Shown here piece after piece: positions 1 to 9,506 of a DNA stretch of 64,000 nt. The notes below the pieces were generated by a model. That model had not been told where the DNA came from. It saw only the letters and a list, made by a program, of their open reading frames with translations, and made no database searches. The stretch is from Candidatus Aenigmatarchaeota archaeon. Its GTDB lineage: Archaea > Aenigmatarchaeota > Aenigmatarchaeia > CG10238-14 > SpSt-28. Location: NCBI GenBank assembly GCA_039000985.1, contig JAWBMD010000001.1:1877-65876 (forward strand), read 5' to 3'. The translations under genes were made by a program, and so were the position numbers. Each line of letters opens with the position of its first letter. Position 1 is the stretch's first letter.

Positions 1-192
1 TGTAAAGACGCTTTTGAGTGCATATATGTTTGTCCAGTAGCTGCTATTCAAAAATCTTCAGAAGCACCAGAAGAAGCTAAAGGAAAGTCCTGGTTTACTT
101 TTGAAAGAAAGCTTTCTGCACAAGAAAAAAAAGAGTTCGAGGAATGGAAAGCAAAATTCAATATAAAAAGTGGACCAGAAAAATTTAGCTGA
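1..192 (+). CDS. 4Fe-4S ferredoxin-like protein, C-terminal part (5' truncated by window edge)
   Basis: Frame 1 reads CKDAFECIYVCPVAAIQ...KFS* (C..CxxxCP ferredoxin motif); not in ORF track; overlaps the next gene. Confidence 0.7.
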   Translation, partial: CKDAFECIYVCPVAAIQKSSEAPEEAKGKSWFTFERKLSAQEKKEFEEWKAKFNIKSGPEKFS

Positions 193-991
193 AAATATTT
201 TGTACGAGGGAGAGATAATAGATATAATCCAAGAAGCAATAAATGTAAAGTTGTTTAAAATAAAAATTAGTGAAAATTTTGTTTATTTGCCGGGACAATT
301 TATAAAGCTTTATTTCGATGAGGGTGAAATAATAAAATATGCTAAAGAAAGGTTGGAAAAAAATGAAATAAGTAAAGAAATTTTTGATAGAATTTGCGCG
401 AGAGCTAAAAAAACATTTAGAGAATATTCAATAACAAATTATCCAGGAGATAATTATATAGAAATTTTAGTGGAGAGAAATAATGAAGGTGGTTTTAGTC
501 CATTTTTTTACGATAAAGCTACAATAGGTTATAAAGTGAAATTTAGTGGAGCCTTTGGTAAGTTTGTTATAAACGAAAATGATGAAAAAATTTTGTTTTT
601 AGCGGCTGGTAGTGGAATTTCTCCTATAATTTGCCACATTAGATATTTGTTTAGGATTAATAAAAGTGGAAAATTCGTTTTGCTTTATAGCAATAAAACA
701 TTTCAACATATTTCTTTTAAAAAAGAGCTAGATTTTATCCAATCAAAATTTTCTTGCTTTAAAGTTTATTATACATTAACAAGATTAAATGAAGAAGAGA
801 AAAAAAGCTGGACCGGTTATTCAAGAAGAATTGATAAGGAAATGATAAAAGAAGTTTTGGAAACCAATGGAATTAATAGTGAGGATACAAAATTTTATGT
901 TTGTGGTGGTGGTGAATTTATTAAATCAATGATTTCTGAGATACGATCATTAGGATTTAAAAGAGAAAACATTAGAATGGAGGTTTATTGA
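170..991 (+). CDS. Ferredoxin-NAD(P) reductase (FNR)-family FAD/NAD(P)-binding oxidoreductase
   Basis: PGQF, RxYS (REYSI), LAAGSGISP, YVCGG and terminal E-x-Y motifs. Confidence 0.9.
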   Translation: MDQKNLAENILYEGEIIDIIQEAINVKLFKIKISENFVYLPGQFIKLYFDEGEIIKYAKERLEKNEISKEIFDRICARAKKTFREYSITNYPGDNYIEILVERNNEGGFSPFFYDKATIGYKVKFSGAFGKFVINENDEKILFLAAGSGISPIICHIRYLFRINKSGKFVLLYSNKTFQHISFKKELDFIQSKFSCFKVYYTLTRLNEEEKKSWTGYSRRIDKEMIKEVLETNGINSEDTKFYVCGGGEFIKSMISEIRSLGFKRENIRMEVY

Positions 992-1169
992 TATCTCCTA
1001 AATTTTTTAATTTTTCTTTCTTTTGTTGAAAACTGGTAAAAAATTTTTTAAATATTAATTTATGTTTGTTTAAAATTTTTATTAAATTTTCAATGTTTGA
1101 ATAGTTTTAAAAATTTTAACTTTTTAAACAAAAGATATTTAAATTTTAAATTTCAATCTATAATTGGGT

Positions 1170-2027
1170 ATGTTAGTAAAAAAAATATTGGCTATTTTAT
1201 TTGTAACAATAATACCAATAGCATTTGCTCAACCAAATACAGATAGCGCAACAGTAAATGTACAAGTTTCTTCACTAACAGCAATAGATATAAACCCAGC
1301 GATCTTTAACTTTAACAACATAGCACCAGGAACAAATAGTAGCGCATTATTCTTTCAACTAGAAAACATTGGCTCAACTAATATAACAACAGTTTATTCA
1401 GATGTTACAACAACAACAAGTAATCCATATGGAACTGGTTCTGCAAACAATTATAATGCTGGCGAGTTTGTTAGAATAGATAATTCAACAAATGGAAACT
1501 TTTACTATGTTGAGAATAAAAACTGGAACGAATCCAAACCATTATATGTGACAGCACCAAGTGGTTGGAGCGAGGGAAATCAAACAGGTGCATCTTGGGG
1601 GTATTTTGTAAGGGTAAGAAGTGTTGGTTTAGAAACTAATGAAGGAGAGGAATATTTTGCAATAACTAGGAATGGTACAGCGACAAGTTGCAATTCAGGT
1701 ACTCTTTATATAGGTAAAACACCTCACACAAAATCTCAAACAGGTACAATAGACTTAGGAGGAGGTGATGCAGCACAAATAACCTTAGATAATAATGGAA
1801 AAGGTTCTTTAGCGGGCGCGGGAATAAATACTATAATGGATTCACATACAGTATTAGTTAGCAGCGATTGCCGTGCAGTATCTCTTATATATTGGAAAAA
1901 TGAAAAATCTTTGATAGGAAGTAGATTATATCCAGGAGCAGCTGTAGATATGAGAATAATGGTTAGTGTTCCATACGGTGTAGCTCAGGGTACAATAACA
2001 GGAACATTGACTGTTATAGCTTCATAA
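1170..2027 (+). CDS. Secreted beta-rich surface/fibre protein (Thr/Asn/Gly-rich)
   Basis: Sec signal peptide ending AFA; many N-x-S/T sequons; C-terminal VPYG...GTITGTLTVIAS strand; ATG at 1170. Confidence 0.7.
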   Translation: MLVKKILAILFVTIIPIAFAQPNTDSATVNVQVSSLTAIDINPAIFNFNNIAPGTNSSALFFQLENIGSTNITTVYSDVTTTTSNPYGTGSANNYNAGEFVRIDNSTNGNFYYVENKNWNESKPLYVTAPSGWSEGNQTGASWGYFVRVRSVGLETNEGEEYFAITRNGTATSCNSGTLYIGKTPHTKSQTGTIDLGGGDAAQITLDNNGKGSLAGAGINTIMDSHTVLVSSDCRAVSLIYWKNEKSLIGSRLYPGAAVDMRIMVSVPYGVAQGTITGTLTVIAS

Positions 2028-2058
2028 AACTTTTATTTTTTTCTACCAATATCTAATT

Positions 2059-4266
2059 GTGAAAGCATTAATAATATTAGCAGTTTTACTGTTTTTTTCT
2101 GTATCTTTTTCATTTCCAATAATAGAAAGTGTCGAGCTTTTACCTTCAAACAATATTTATATTGGAGAAAACTTAACAGTTTCTGTTAAATGCATAGATC
2201 CAAATAGCACCATATCTAGAGTTTATGTAAAGATTTATAGCAATAATTTAATATTTCCAACTTTGGATTTGGATTATTCAATTGTTGAAAATAAATATAA
2301 AAGAACTTTGGAGAATAGTTATTTTGATAGAGAAGATACTTTTAATGTTGCTGTTTATTGTTCTAATGAGGAGAATGAGGCAAATGTTACTTATTTAACT
2401 TTAAATGTTTCAAGAATTTCTTCCCAAATAATTGTTGAGAATTTATATTATGTTGGAGATGTTATAGAATTAATATTTGCTCCAATGATTAATAATGAAG
2501 TGGTAATGAGTGATATACCAAAGGTTTATTTAAATAATCAAGAAAAGCAGCTTAAGCAATTACCATTATTTAGAATTAATAGTGGTTGGATATTAAAAAT
2601 AGATGCTCCATCTTTAGAGGGAAGTTATGAATTAAAAATTATATCCAATTACAATAGAGCTATAATTCAAGGTTCAAAAATAATAACTATTAAAAAACCA
2701 TTTCAAATAGAGATATTTAATTTAAATAATCACTTAGCCAAGCCAAAAGAAGTTTTAACAGCTTATTTTAAAGCATCGTTAAAAGGTCAAAATGTTGAGC
2801 TTGATAAAGATAATGTAAGATTTTTTATTGGTGATTTAACTTTAAACATAACTGAATTTGGAAAGCAAGGAGATGTTTATTTTGCAAAAATTTCTATTCC
2901 AGATTTAACATCTTCTTCATATGAGTTAAAAATTATTATAAATTATAATGGTTATACTGTTTCTTCATCGAAGGGTATTTCTATTTTAACACCAATATCC
3001 ATTAATTTGCCTCCAGGAACACACATTGAATTTTTATCAAATTCATACAAGTTTTCTTTTGTTTCTAATAATGATGGTGTTGCAATTGGCTCAATAGTTT
3101 TAGGTAATTATGATGTTAAAGTATGGAATAATAAGGCAACTATAATTTTATATAATGCTAACATTAACAACACAGATAATCCAATAAATTTTAGAGAAGT
3201 TGATATAGAGGTTGAAGGTTTTAATAATGCTGGTAGTTACTTATTTGAAACATCATTAAGTTATGAAAGAGCTTATCTAGAACTTTTCTATGATGAAAAT
3301 AAGGTTTTAGACGAAAACAAAGTAAAAGCTTTTAAATGTAATTTCTTTAATTTTGCTATTGGAAAGTGCATTAGTAGTTGGATAGAATTAAATAATTTTA
3401 CTTTGGATACTGTTAAAAATGTTGTTAGAATTTTTACTGATTCGCTTTCTTTATTTTTAGTTGGTAGCGAGAAAAATTTGAATTTGGAATTTTCTTTCGA
3501 TAAGCAAAAATACGCATTGGAAGATTTAGTAAAATTTAGTGGTTATGTTGTTGATGAATGGAATAGTAGAATGAAAAATATTAACATAACAATTGAAGTA
3601 ATTGGAACAAATATAAAACATAAAACAATTACAAATAATGATGGAGTTTTTTCAGGTAGTTTTATTGCTCCAAATAAAGAAGGAGAATTTACAGTAACTG
3701 TTAGTGCAATTACAAGATTTTCAAAATTAACAAAAAATTATAAATTGCTTGTTGAAAGAAAAAAAGAGATGTTTATTATATTTCCAGATTCTGTAAAAGT
3801 TAGTTTTGGAAAATTTGTTGAAGCAGAAATTACTATTAAAAATACTGGACAAGCAAATTTAACAAACATAACTATTGAAATAGAAGGTATTCCAAAAGAA
3901 TATTATAGAATAGATAATTCAACAATAGAATTTTTGGAAACTGGAAAAGATTTCAATACAAAAGTAATTTTTGAATTACCAATAAAACTAAATGAATCTT
4001 ACTTGCTAGCAAAAATAAAAGCAGTTAGTAATGAAGCGTTATATGAAAAATCTTTTGGTTTTTCGATAATTAAAGAGGAGCAAATAATAACAGCTAGGGT
4101 TGTTGAAATACCAAAAGTAAATATTTCTCAAGATTGGTTAATTATTTTAGGAATATTTTTAATATTTTTTTCATTTTTGCTTGGAAGAATTAGAAAAAGT
4201 AGAGAGAAAAGGAATATAAGTGAATTAAAGGAAGAAATAGAAAAAGCTTTAAGCAAAAATAAATGA
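2059..4266 (+). CDS. Large multi-Ig-like cell-surface protein with C-terminal membrane anchor
   Basis: Signal peptide, repeated beta-sandwich-like segments, CARDB-like IKNTGQANLTNI, C-terminal TM followed by basic tail. Confidence 0.7.
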   Translation: MKALIILAVLLFFSVSFSFPIIESVELLPSNNIYIGENLTVSVKCIDPNSTISRVYVKIYSNNLIFPTLDLDYSIVENKYKRTLENSYFDREDTFNVAVYCSNEENEANVTYLTLNVSRISSQIIVENLYYVGDVIELIFAPMINNEVVMSDIPKVYLNNQEKQLKQLPLFRINSGWILKIDAPSLEGSYELKIISNYNRAIIQGSKIITIKKPFQIEIFNLNNHLAKPKEVLTAYFKASLKGQNVELDKDNVRFFIGDLTLNITEFGKQGDVYFAKISIPDLTSSSYELKIIINYNGYTVSSSKGISILTPISINLPPGTHIEFLSNSYKFSFVSNNDGVAIGSIVLGNYDVKVWNNKATIILYNANINNTDNPINFREVDIEVEGFNNAGSYLFETSLSYERAYLELFYDENKVLDENKVKAFKCNFFNFAIGKCISSWIELNNFTLDTVKNVVRIFTDSLSLFLVGSEKNLNLEFSFDKQKYALEDLVKFSGYVVDEWNSRMKNINITIEVIGTNIKHKTITNNDGVFSGSFIAPNKEGEFTVTVSAITRFSKLTKNYKLLVERKKEMFIIFPDSVKVSFGKFVEAEITIKNTGQANLTNITIEIEGIPKEYYRIDNSTIEFLETGKDFNTKVIFELPIKLNESYLLAKIKAVSNEALYEKSFGFSIIKEEQIITARVVEIPKVNISQDWLIILGIFLIFFSFLLGRIRKSREKRNISELKEEIEKALSKNK

Positions 4267-5510
4267 AAAAAGTCTTATTTTTATTGTTTCTTATTTTTAT
4301 ATCTCTCTCAAAATCAGAAAGCTATATAAATGTTTCCATTGCAGAAAAAGACGATTTAGTAATAAGGCTATCTTTTAAGCCAGTTATATACATTGGATTG
4401 CTTCAAATAGGAAATCAAACTTTTTTAAATTTAACAGATATTCAAGTAATTCATTCAGAAATAATAAATATTGGTAGCACTAATTTGACAATAAAAAATT
4501 TTCTTTTAGAAATTTTATTTTTTGAAGGGGGAAGATTTATTCAACTAGCTAATTATACTGATTATTTTTTACCATCAAACTTGCTTCCAGGACAAAAACA
4601 TTATTTTAATGCAAGTTATGCTCCAGATAGATTGGGTGTGCATTACATAAGAGCTACTATTGAATATAATAACAGAAGAGCTATAGCTTTTGGAATTTTT
4701 TCTGTATTGTTGCCACCAATAATAGTTCCAGTACAACAACCACCAATCACAAGAGAAGTTCTTATTCCAAAGATAATTCATTTAAAACCACCGGTTTTGC
4801 AAATAATAGCACCAAATACAATTGATATGTTTAAAGGTGGGAATGAAAGTATTGTAATAATAGTGAAAAATGTTGGTGAAAGAGAAGCTTTTAGTTTAAG
4901 ACCTCATGTTTCAATACCAAAGCAGTTTGACTTTTCAATAGCTCCATTATATGTAGCTATTTTAAAACCAAATGAGTCAGTACCTTTTTTGTTAGCTTTA
5001 CATGTTGATAAAAATGCTTTAGAAGGAGTTTATCCAGTATCTTTTGAAATTGTTGCGAATGAGACATCAGCATCCAAAACTATTTATGTAAATGTAAGAG
5101 AATTACCTAAAATAATAGATTTTTGTGAAGATGCAAGAAATAAAATTTTAAGTTTTGAATTTATGTTAGTTTTGATAAGGTCGAGAATTTATTCATTTTA
5201 TTTAAAAGGAGCTGATGTTAAATCTGTTAATGATACTGTTATTATAATAGAAAGCAATATAACTAAAGCTAAAATTTTAGTTGATGAAAATAAATGTTTA
5301 GAAGCTTTACAAGTTTTGGAAGAGGTTAGAGTTTTAATAGAAAGAGTTTTGATAGAATTAGAAACAATATTGTTGATTCCAAAATATGTCCCAGGTTATT
5401 TCTTTATAATAGCTATTTGCTTAATAGTATTTGTTCCAATATTTGTTTTTATTTTGGTAAAGAGAAGAAAAAGAAGGCCAAAATTATTAAAACATTTGAA
5501 AGTTGAATAA
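4263..5510 (+). CDS. Cell-surface protein with CARDB/NEW3-like domains, helical region and C-terminal TM
   Basis: Signal peptide, INIGS/VKNVGE motifs, C-terminal TM + KRRKRR; ATGA overlap with upstream gene. Confidence 0.7.
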   Translation: MKKVLFLLFLIFISLSKSESYINVSIAEKDDLVIRLSFKPVIYIGLLQIGNQTFLNLTDIQVIHSEIINIGSTNLTIKNFLLEILFFEGGRFIQLANYTDYFLPSNLLPGQKHYFNASYAPDRLGVHYIRATIEYNNRRAIAFGIFSVLLPPIIVPVQQPPITREVLIPKIIHLKPPVLQIIAPNTIDMFKGGNESIVIIVKNVGEREAFSLRPHVSIPKQFDFSIAPLYVAILKPNESVPFLLALHVDKNALEGVYPVSFEIVANETSASKTIYVNVRELPKIIDFCEDARNKILSFEFMLVLIRSRIYSFYLKGADVKSVNDTVIIIESNITKAKILVDENKCLEALQVLEEVRVLIERVLIELETILLIPKYVPGYFFIIAICLIVFVPIFVFILVKRRKRRPKLLKHLKVE

Positions 5511-5523
5511 ATGCTTTTTGGTA
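5430..5523 (+). repeat. Direct repeat copy 1 (3' end of the 4263..5510 gene and downstream bases)
   Basis: 32-bp core ACATTTGAAAGTTGAATAAATGCTTTTTGGTA at 5492-5523 is identical to 6454-6485; degenerate similarity extends ~50-60 bp upstream. Confidence 0.85.
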
Positions 5524-6007
5524 AAATTTGTTCACAACATATACTTAAAATAAGATGGATATGTTTAAAACCTCTTTTTTTATAAATGATCTTTTACTAA
5601 TTTAGTTTATATCTAAAGATATAGTGATTATAAAAATAATTATATATAGTGATATTAGCTATAGTCTGGTATTTTCTTTAGAGTAATATTTGGAGTAGAT
5701 TCACATGGTTTGAGAATTTGTAAAAGGAGCTTTAATTAGTGAATGCACGAATTCTAAATTATTCCTATGGTTTGCTAACAAGTTAAGTAAAATATCAGTT
5801 GAATATCGTTCGGCAAAAATGTTAGCTAAACTTGGTCTTAAAGGTGTTTTAACTTCAGATGATAATGGTACTTTTAGTATAAGTTGTTCACAAATTAAAG
5901 ACATCTGTAATCTTGTAATCTTCATGGAATTTCTTAGTAAGTTAGTCAAATCTTCTATATCAAAGATTTATTTTTTGCATTTATGTAATGGTTTTTATAT
6001 TTAATTT

Positions 6008-6379
6008 ATGTCTGATGGTTTATTATTTAAAATAGTAACTTCATCAAAAATTGTATGGATAGTAGGAGTAATTCTACTGGTAGCTCTGATAATGGTTATT
6101 TTAAATAGAGTTATTTACTTTCCTAAAAGTTGTGTCTACTATGATGAACGTATATGTTTATCGTCTTTAAGAGTTGGGTGTGGAATTTGTGAAATAACTG
6201 ATGGGTGGAAGAATGAATATATTACAGTAGATATAAGAGGTTGTTCCAGAGAAATATTATCAGATTATTTAAGTCCTAGCTTAGCTAAGGATCCTGATGC
6301 AAATTGTACAACTATTTATAAATGTGGTGAGCTTAAGGACTTTTGTAGGTGGTACGGATTTAATGTATCCGATGTATAG
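6008..6379 (+). CDS. Small membrane-anchored Cys-rich hypothetical protein
   Basis: N-terminal TM followed by an 8-Cys domain; lies between the two direct-repeat copies. Confidence 0.6.
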   Translation: MSDGLLFKIVTSSKIVWIVGVILLVALIMVILNRVIYFPKSCVYYDERICLSSLRVGCGICEITDGWKNEYITVDIRGCSREILSDYLSPSLAKDPDANCTTIYKCGELKDFCRWYGFNVSDV

Positions 6380-6403
6380 ATATCTTTATAACTAAGGAAT
6401 TTG

Positions 6404-6485
6404 TTTATTCCGATATTTCTTTTTATTTTAAAAAGAAAGCCAAAATTGTTAAGACATTTGAAAGTTGAATAAATGCTTTTTGGTA
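6404..6485 (+). repeat. Direct repeat copy 2
   Basis: TTTATTCCGATATTTCTTTTTATTTTAAAAAGAAAGCCAAAATTGTTAAGACATTTGAAAGTTGAATAAATGCTTTTTGGTA matches the end of the 4263..5510 gene. Confidence 0.85.
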
Positions 6486-6553
6486 GAATAAAGCAAAAAA
6501 GTTTTTTTATTTAGGGTTTAAATGTTTATAATTGTAATATAAATTTGAACCAT

Positions 6554-7092
6554 ATGGTAAAAATGATTGAACTTATCACAAATAAGCCAAAAGCTTTCTT
6601 TTTACTTATCCAACTCATGAGTTTTCTCAAACTACTTTAATATCGAAACTAAAAATGGCAAAGCCAACAGTAATCAAAGCATTAAATTATTTAGAGAAAA
6701 ATAATTTAGTTTTAACAAAAAGAGTTGGTAGGGTAAAGTTTTACAGATTAAATAGGCATAGCTTTTTTGTATTTCAATTGAAAAAACTTTTTAATTTTAC
6801 TTCCAATATCCTACTTGAATTAATAGAGAAATTGAAAGAAGCTAAGAAGATAATAGTTTTCGGATCTTATGCGAGGGGTGAGGATGTTGAAGAGTCAGAT
6901 ATAGATGTGCTTGTAGTTACAGATATAAAAGATGAGTTTGTTCAGAAAGTTGCTTCATCACTTTCTCGCAAGTATGGAAAAAGGTTAGCATTCATTACAC
7001 GCACACCAGAAGAGTATGTAAAAATGGTAGATAAAGAAAGGGAATTGTTGGAAAGAGCAGTGCTTCAAGGTGTGATAATTCATGAGGCTTGA
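6554..7092 (+). pseudogene. wHTH-MNT (minimal nucleotidyltransferase) antitoxin, N-terminus frameshifted
   Basis: FGSYARG...SDIDVLVV MNT motif; HTH frame FTYPTHEFSQTTLISKLKMAKPTV extends upstream of ATG 6655 but is out of frame with ATG 6554 (shift near T-run at ~6600); 6655..7092 could still be translated. Confidence 0.7.
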
Positions 7093-7509
7093 TTTCGAAG
7101 CTTGTTTAAAGAAATGAAAACTTGTTAAAATAAAGCCAGATAAAGAGCTTGCGCTTATTGAATTAAAGGAGGCAAAATTGGATTTAGTAAGCGCTCAAGA
7201 AGAAATTAAGAAAAAGAGCTGGAAGTGGTCTGTTGAGAAAGCTTATTATGCAATGTTTCACGCATCTAGAAGTCTTTTGTTGTTAAAGGGTTATAAGGAG
7301 AGAAGACATCGTTGCTTGCTTATAGGATTAAAAGAACTTTTTGTTAAGACAGCGCAAATATCTCAGGAATATTTTGATTTTATAGAAACTGCTAAATTTA
7401 GGAGGAAGACGCTATTTATACTTCACGATATAATGAAGAAATAGCAGTAACACATGTAAATAATGCAGCTAAATTTATTCAAATGGCTGAAAAGCTTATA
7501 AAATTTTTA
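7082..7509 (+). pseudogene. HEPN domain toxin, disrupted
   Basis: MRLDFEACLKK*KLVKI with in-frame TGA at 7115-7117; AYYAMFHASR HEPN motif; frameshift at ~7404 separates R from EDAIY and the C-terminal helix. Confidence 0.85.
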
Positions 7510-7584
7510 TGCCCCAGGCGGGATTTGAACCCGCGACCTACGCCTTAGGAGGGCGCCGCTCTATCCAAACTGAGCTACTGGGGC
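7510..7584 (-). tRNA. tRNA-Arg(CCT)
   Basis: GCCCCAGTAGCTCAGTTTGGATAGAGCGGCGCCCT-CCT-AAGGCGTAGGTCGCGGGTTCAAATCCCGCCTGGGGCA cloverleaf; CCA not encoded. Confidence 0.95.
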
Positions 7585-7889
7585 TTTGGTCTTGTTGGAT
7601 ATCTATATATTTTTCCACATTCTTTACAAATAATTTTTACTATCTTTTTTCTTCTTTCTATTCTAACAATTGAAGTATAGCCAGGAATTAAAATTGTATT
7701 ACAATTTTTACAAAAAGTTCTTTTAAGTTTTCTTAATCTAAAGTTAGCTCTCATACCTATTTCTCTAGCTAATTGAACATATCTTCTCGAAAGCTCTGGA
7801 TTTTCTTTTAGCTTTTCTTTTGCTAATTTTAACAATATTTCTATTCTTTCTTTTGCTATTCTTTTAATATTTCTTTCTGTCGATTTCAT
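7575..7889 (-). CDS. rnp4: Ribonuclease P protein component 4 (Rpp21)
   Basis: IAKERIEIL, RRYV..AREI, FCKNC...CKECG..YRYP. Confidence 0.95.
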   Translation of the reverse strand: MKSTERNIKRIAKERIEILLKLAKEKLKENPELSRRYVQLAREIGMRANFRLRKLKRTFCKNCNTILIPGYTSIVRIERRKKIVKIICKECGKIYRYPTRPKPQ

Positions 7890-8454
7890 AGTTTATAATT
7901 GTTATACAGGCATAAGCTAAATATTCTATTTTACCAAGCGATACTTTGTCTTTTATATATCTTTCCAAAAATAGCTCAGTTTTTTCTGGTATGCCTTTAT
8001 TATCACCAATTATAAAAACAGAGTTTTCTTTAAAGTTAAATTCTTTTACATCTTTCCCTTCTTTTGTTAAATAATATAAGTCAAAGCCATTTTCAGATTT
8101 TTCTTTTACTATTTGCTCAAAACTTTTTTTAGATACTTTTATTCCAGGTTCACTTTCTACTTCAAAATTTTGGTTAAGTTTTCTTAAAGCTATTTTTATA
8201 TGGCTAGCTATATTTCTTTCATCTGGGTAAACATTTTTTAATTTGTTTGTATCAAAGCAAATTGTTACTGGTGGATTTGGAGGTCCATTTAGATTCAAAT
8301 ATATTTTAACATCTTTTCTAAGTGAAAAAGATAAAAAAATGGCATTAGTTACACACCTACAAGCAATGTCCATTCTGCCAGCATCTGGTAAACTATTTAA
8401 GCTAAAATTTGGGGTTGTTACTGCGTTATTTAATCTTACTAAGAATTCTCCCAC
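7864..8454 (-). CDS. trmY: tRNA (pseudouridine54-N1)-methyltransferase
   Basis: FSLNSLP.AGRMDIACRC, PDERNIA, FIIGD..G SPOUT motifs. Confidence 0.92.
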   Translation of the reverse strand: MGEFLVRLNNAVTTPNFSLNSLPDAGRMDIACRCVTNAIFLSFSLRKDVKIYLNLNGPPNPPVTICFDTNKLKNVYPDERNIASHIKIALRKLNQNFEVESEPGIKVSKKSFEQIVKEKSENGFDLYYLTKEGKDVKEFNFKENSVFIIGDNKGIPEKTELFLERYIKDKVSLGKIEYLAYACITIINYEIDRKKY

Positions 8455-8480
8455 AAATATAAAATTTTTAGAAAAATATT

Positions 8481-8867
8481 ATGGAAGATTATTATGATTT
8501 GCTAGAAAAGGCTTTTGAAAAAGTAAGAGGAGGAAAAGATGGTACTAGATTTAAAATTCCAGAAGTTAAAGTCAATATTATCAAAAATAAAACTATTATA
8601 GAGAATTTCTCGGAAATAATTAGTATATTAAGAAGAAATGAAGAAGATTTATTAAAATTTTTTTCTAAAGAGCTTGGAGCAGCAGTAAATCTTGATTCAG
8701 CAAAACTTATAATTAACAAAATTGTAAAAAAGGAAGTTTTAGATGAAAAATTGAAAAAATTTGTAGAGGAATATGTTTTGTGTAAGCATTGTAAAAACCC
8801 AGATACCAAAATAGAAAATAAAAAAATTATTTGTGAGGCATGTGGTGCAAGCTATGTTTTGGTCTAA
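8481..8867 (+). CDS. eif2b: Translation initiation factor 2 subunit beta
   Basis: YYDLL, RFKIP, KELG, YVLCKHCKNPDT...CEACGA. Confidence 0.95.
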   Translation: MEDYYDLLEKAFEKVRGGKDGTRFKIPEVKVNIIKNKTIIENFSEIISILRRNEEDLLKFFSKELGAAVNLDSAKLIINKIVKKEVLDEKLKKFVEEYVLCKHCKNPDTKIENKKIICEACGASYVLV

Positions 8868-9144
8868 AATACATTATTTAAAATATTTTGTAATAGGAGC
8901 TATTTGCGATGAAGAAATATTAGGAAAAAAGTTGAAGTTTGGGAAAATAGAAGTATATATAAATCCTAGATTTTATCAAGGCTCTTTAATTAATGAGGAA
9001 GAGGCATTAAAAGTAATGAGAAAAATTGATATAGGAAATTTATTTGGTAATAAAATTGTTGATTTGGCAATAAAAAATGGTATAATTGGAGAAAATAATG
9101 TTTTGGTAATAGATGGGATAAAACACGCTCAATTTATAAAATGA
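8854..9144 (+). CDS. DUF424 family protein
   Basis: ICDEEILGK, FYQG, NLFG..IV..AI, HAQ; usual neighbour of aIF2 beta; likely start ATG 8854. Confidence 0.88.
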   Translation: MFWSKIHYLKYFVIGAICDEEILGKKLKFGKIEVYINPRFYQGSLINEEEALKVMRKIDIGNLFGNKIVDLAIKNGIIGENNVLVIDGIKHAQFIK

Positions 9145-9506
9145 AAGGACAATTTTTTATTTTAACTGCAGTTTTCATTGTTTTTATTTTATATGCTCTT
9201 TTCCTTTACTTACAACAATTTTCGTCTATGGATGTTGCCATCTATTTATATTCTGATGAAATTATTTTAATGAGGAACTTATTTGAAAAAATTTACGAGC
9301 TTAATAAAAGTGTTGAAACATGTGCAGAGTTTAGATATTTTTCAAAAGATTTTCTTGAAACTGTTAAAAATAGTTATAAGGATAAATTGATAAGATTGGA
9401 TTATAATATAACAATGGCAAACTATTGTAACAATACTTTTTCAATAGATGTTGCTTCTCCAAAAATAAATTTATCTTCAACTTTTCAAATAAATCGAACT
9501 AAATAG
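9141..9506 (+). CDS. Class III signal peptide (pilin-like) hypothetical protein
   Basis: MKGQFF followed by hydrophobic helix. Confidence 0.55.
   Translation: MKGQFFILTAVFIVFILYALFLYLQQFSSMDVAIYLYSDEIILMRNLFEKIYELNKSVETCAEFRYFSKDFLETVKNSYKDKLIRLDYNITMANYCNNTFSIDVASPKINLSSTFQINRTK

Noticed and set aside
5701..6004. Overlapping opposite-strand ORFs 5701..5949(-) and 5819..6004(+)
   Set aside because: No recognisable motif and cannot decide which, if either, is real; possibly a remnant within the insert
5492..6485. 32-bp repeat as a CRISPR repeat or IS end
   Set aside because: Only two copies ~960 bp apart, derived from a coding 3' end; no cas or transposase gene, no inverted repeats
7115..7117. 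In-frame TGA in HEPN as stop-codon recoding or selenocysteine
   Set aside because: TGA terminates many clear genes in the window, and the same gene also has a frameshift, so pseudogenisation is simpler
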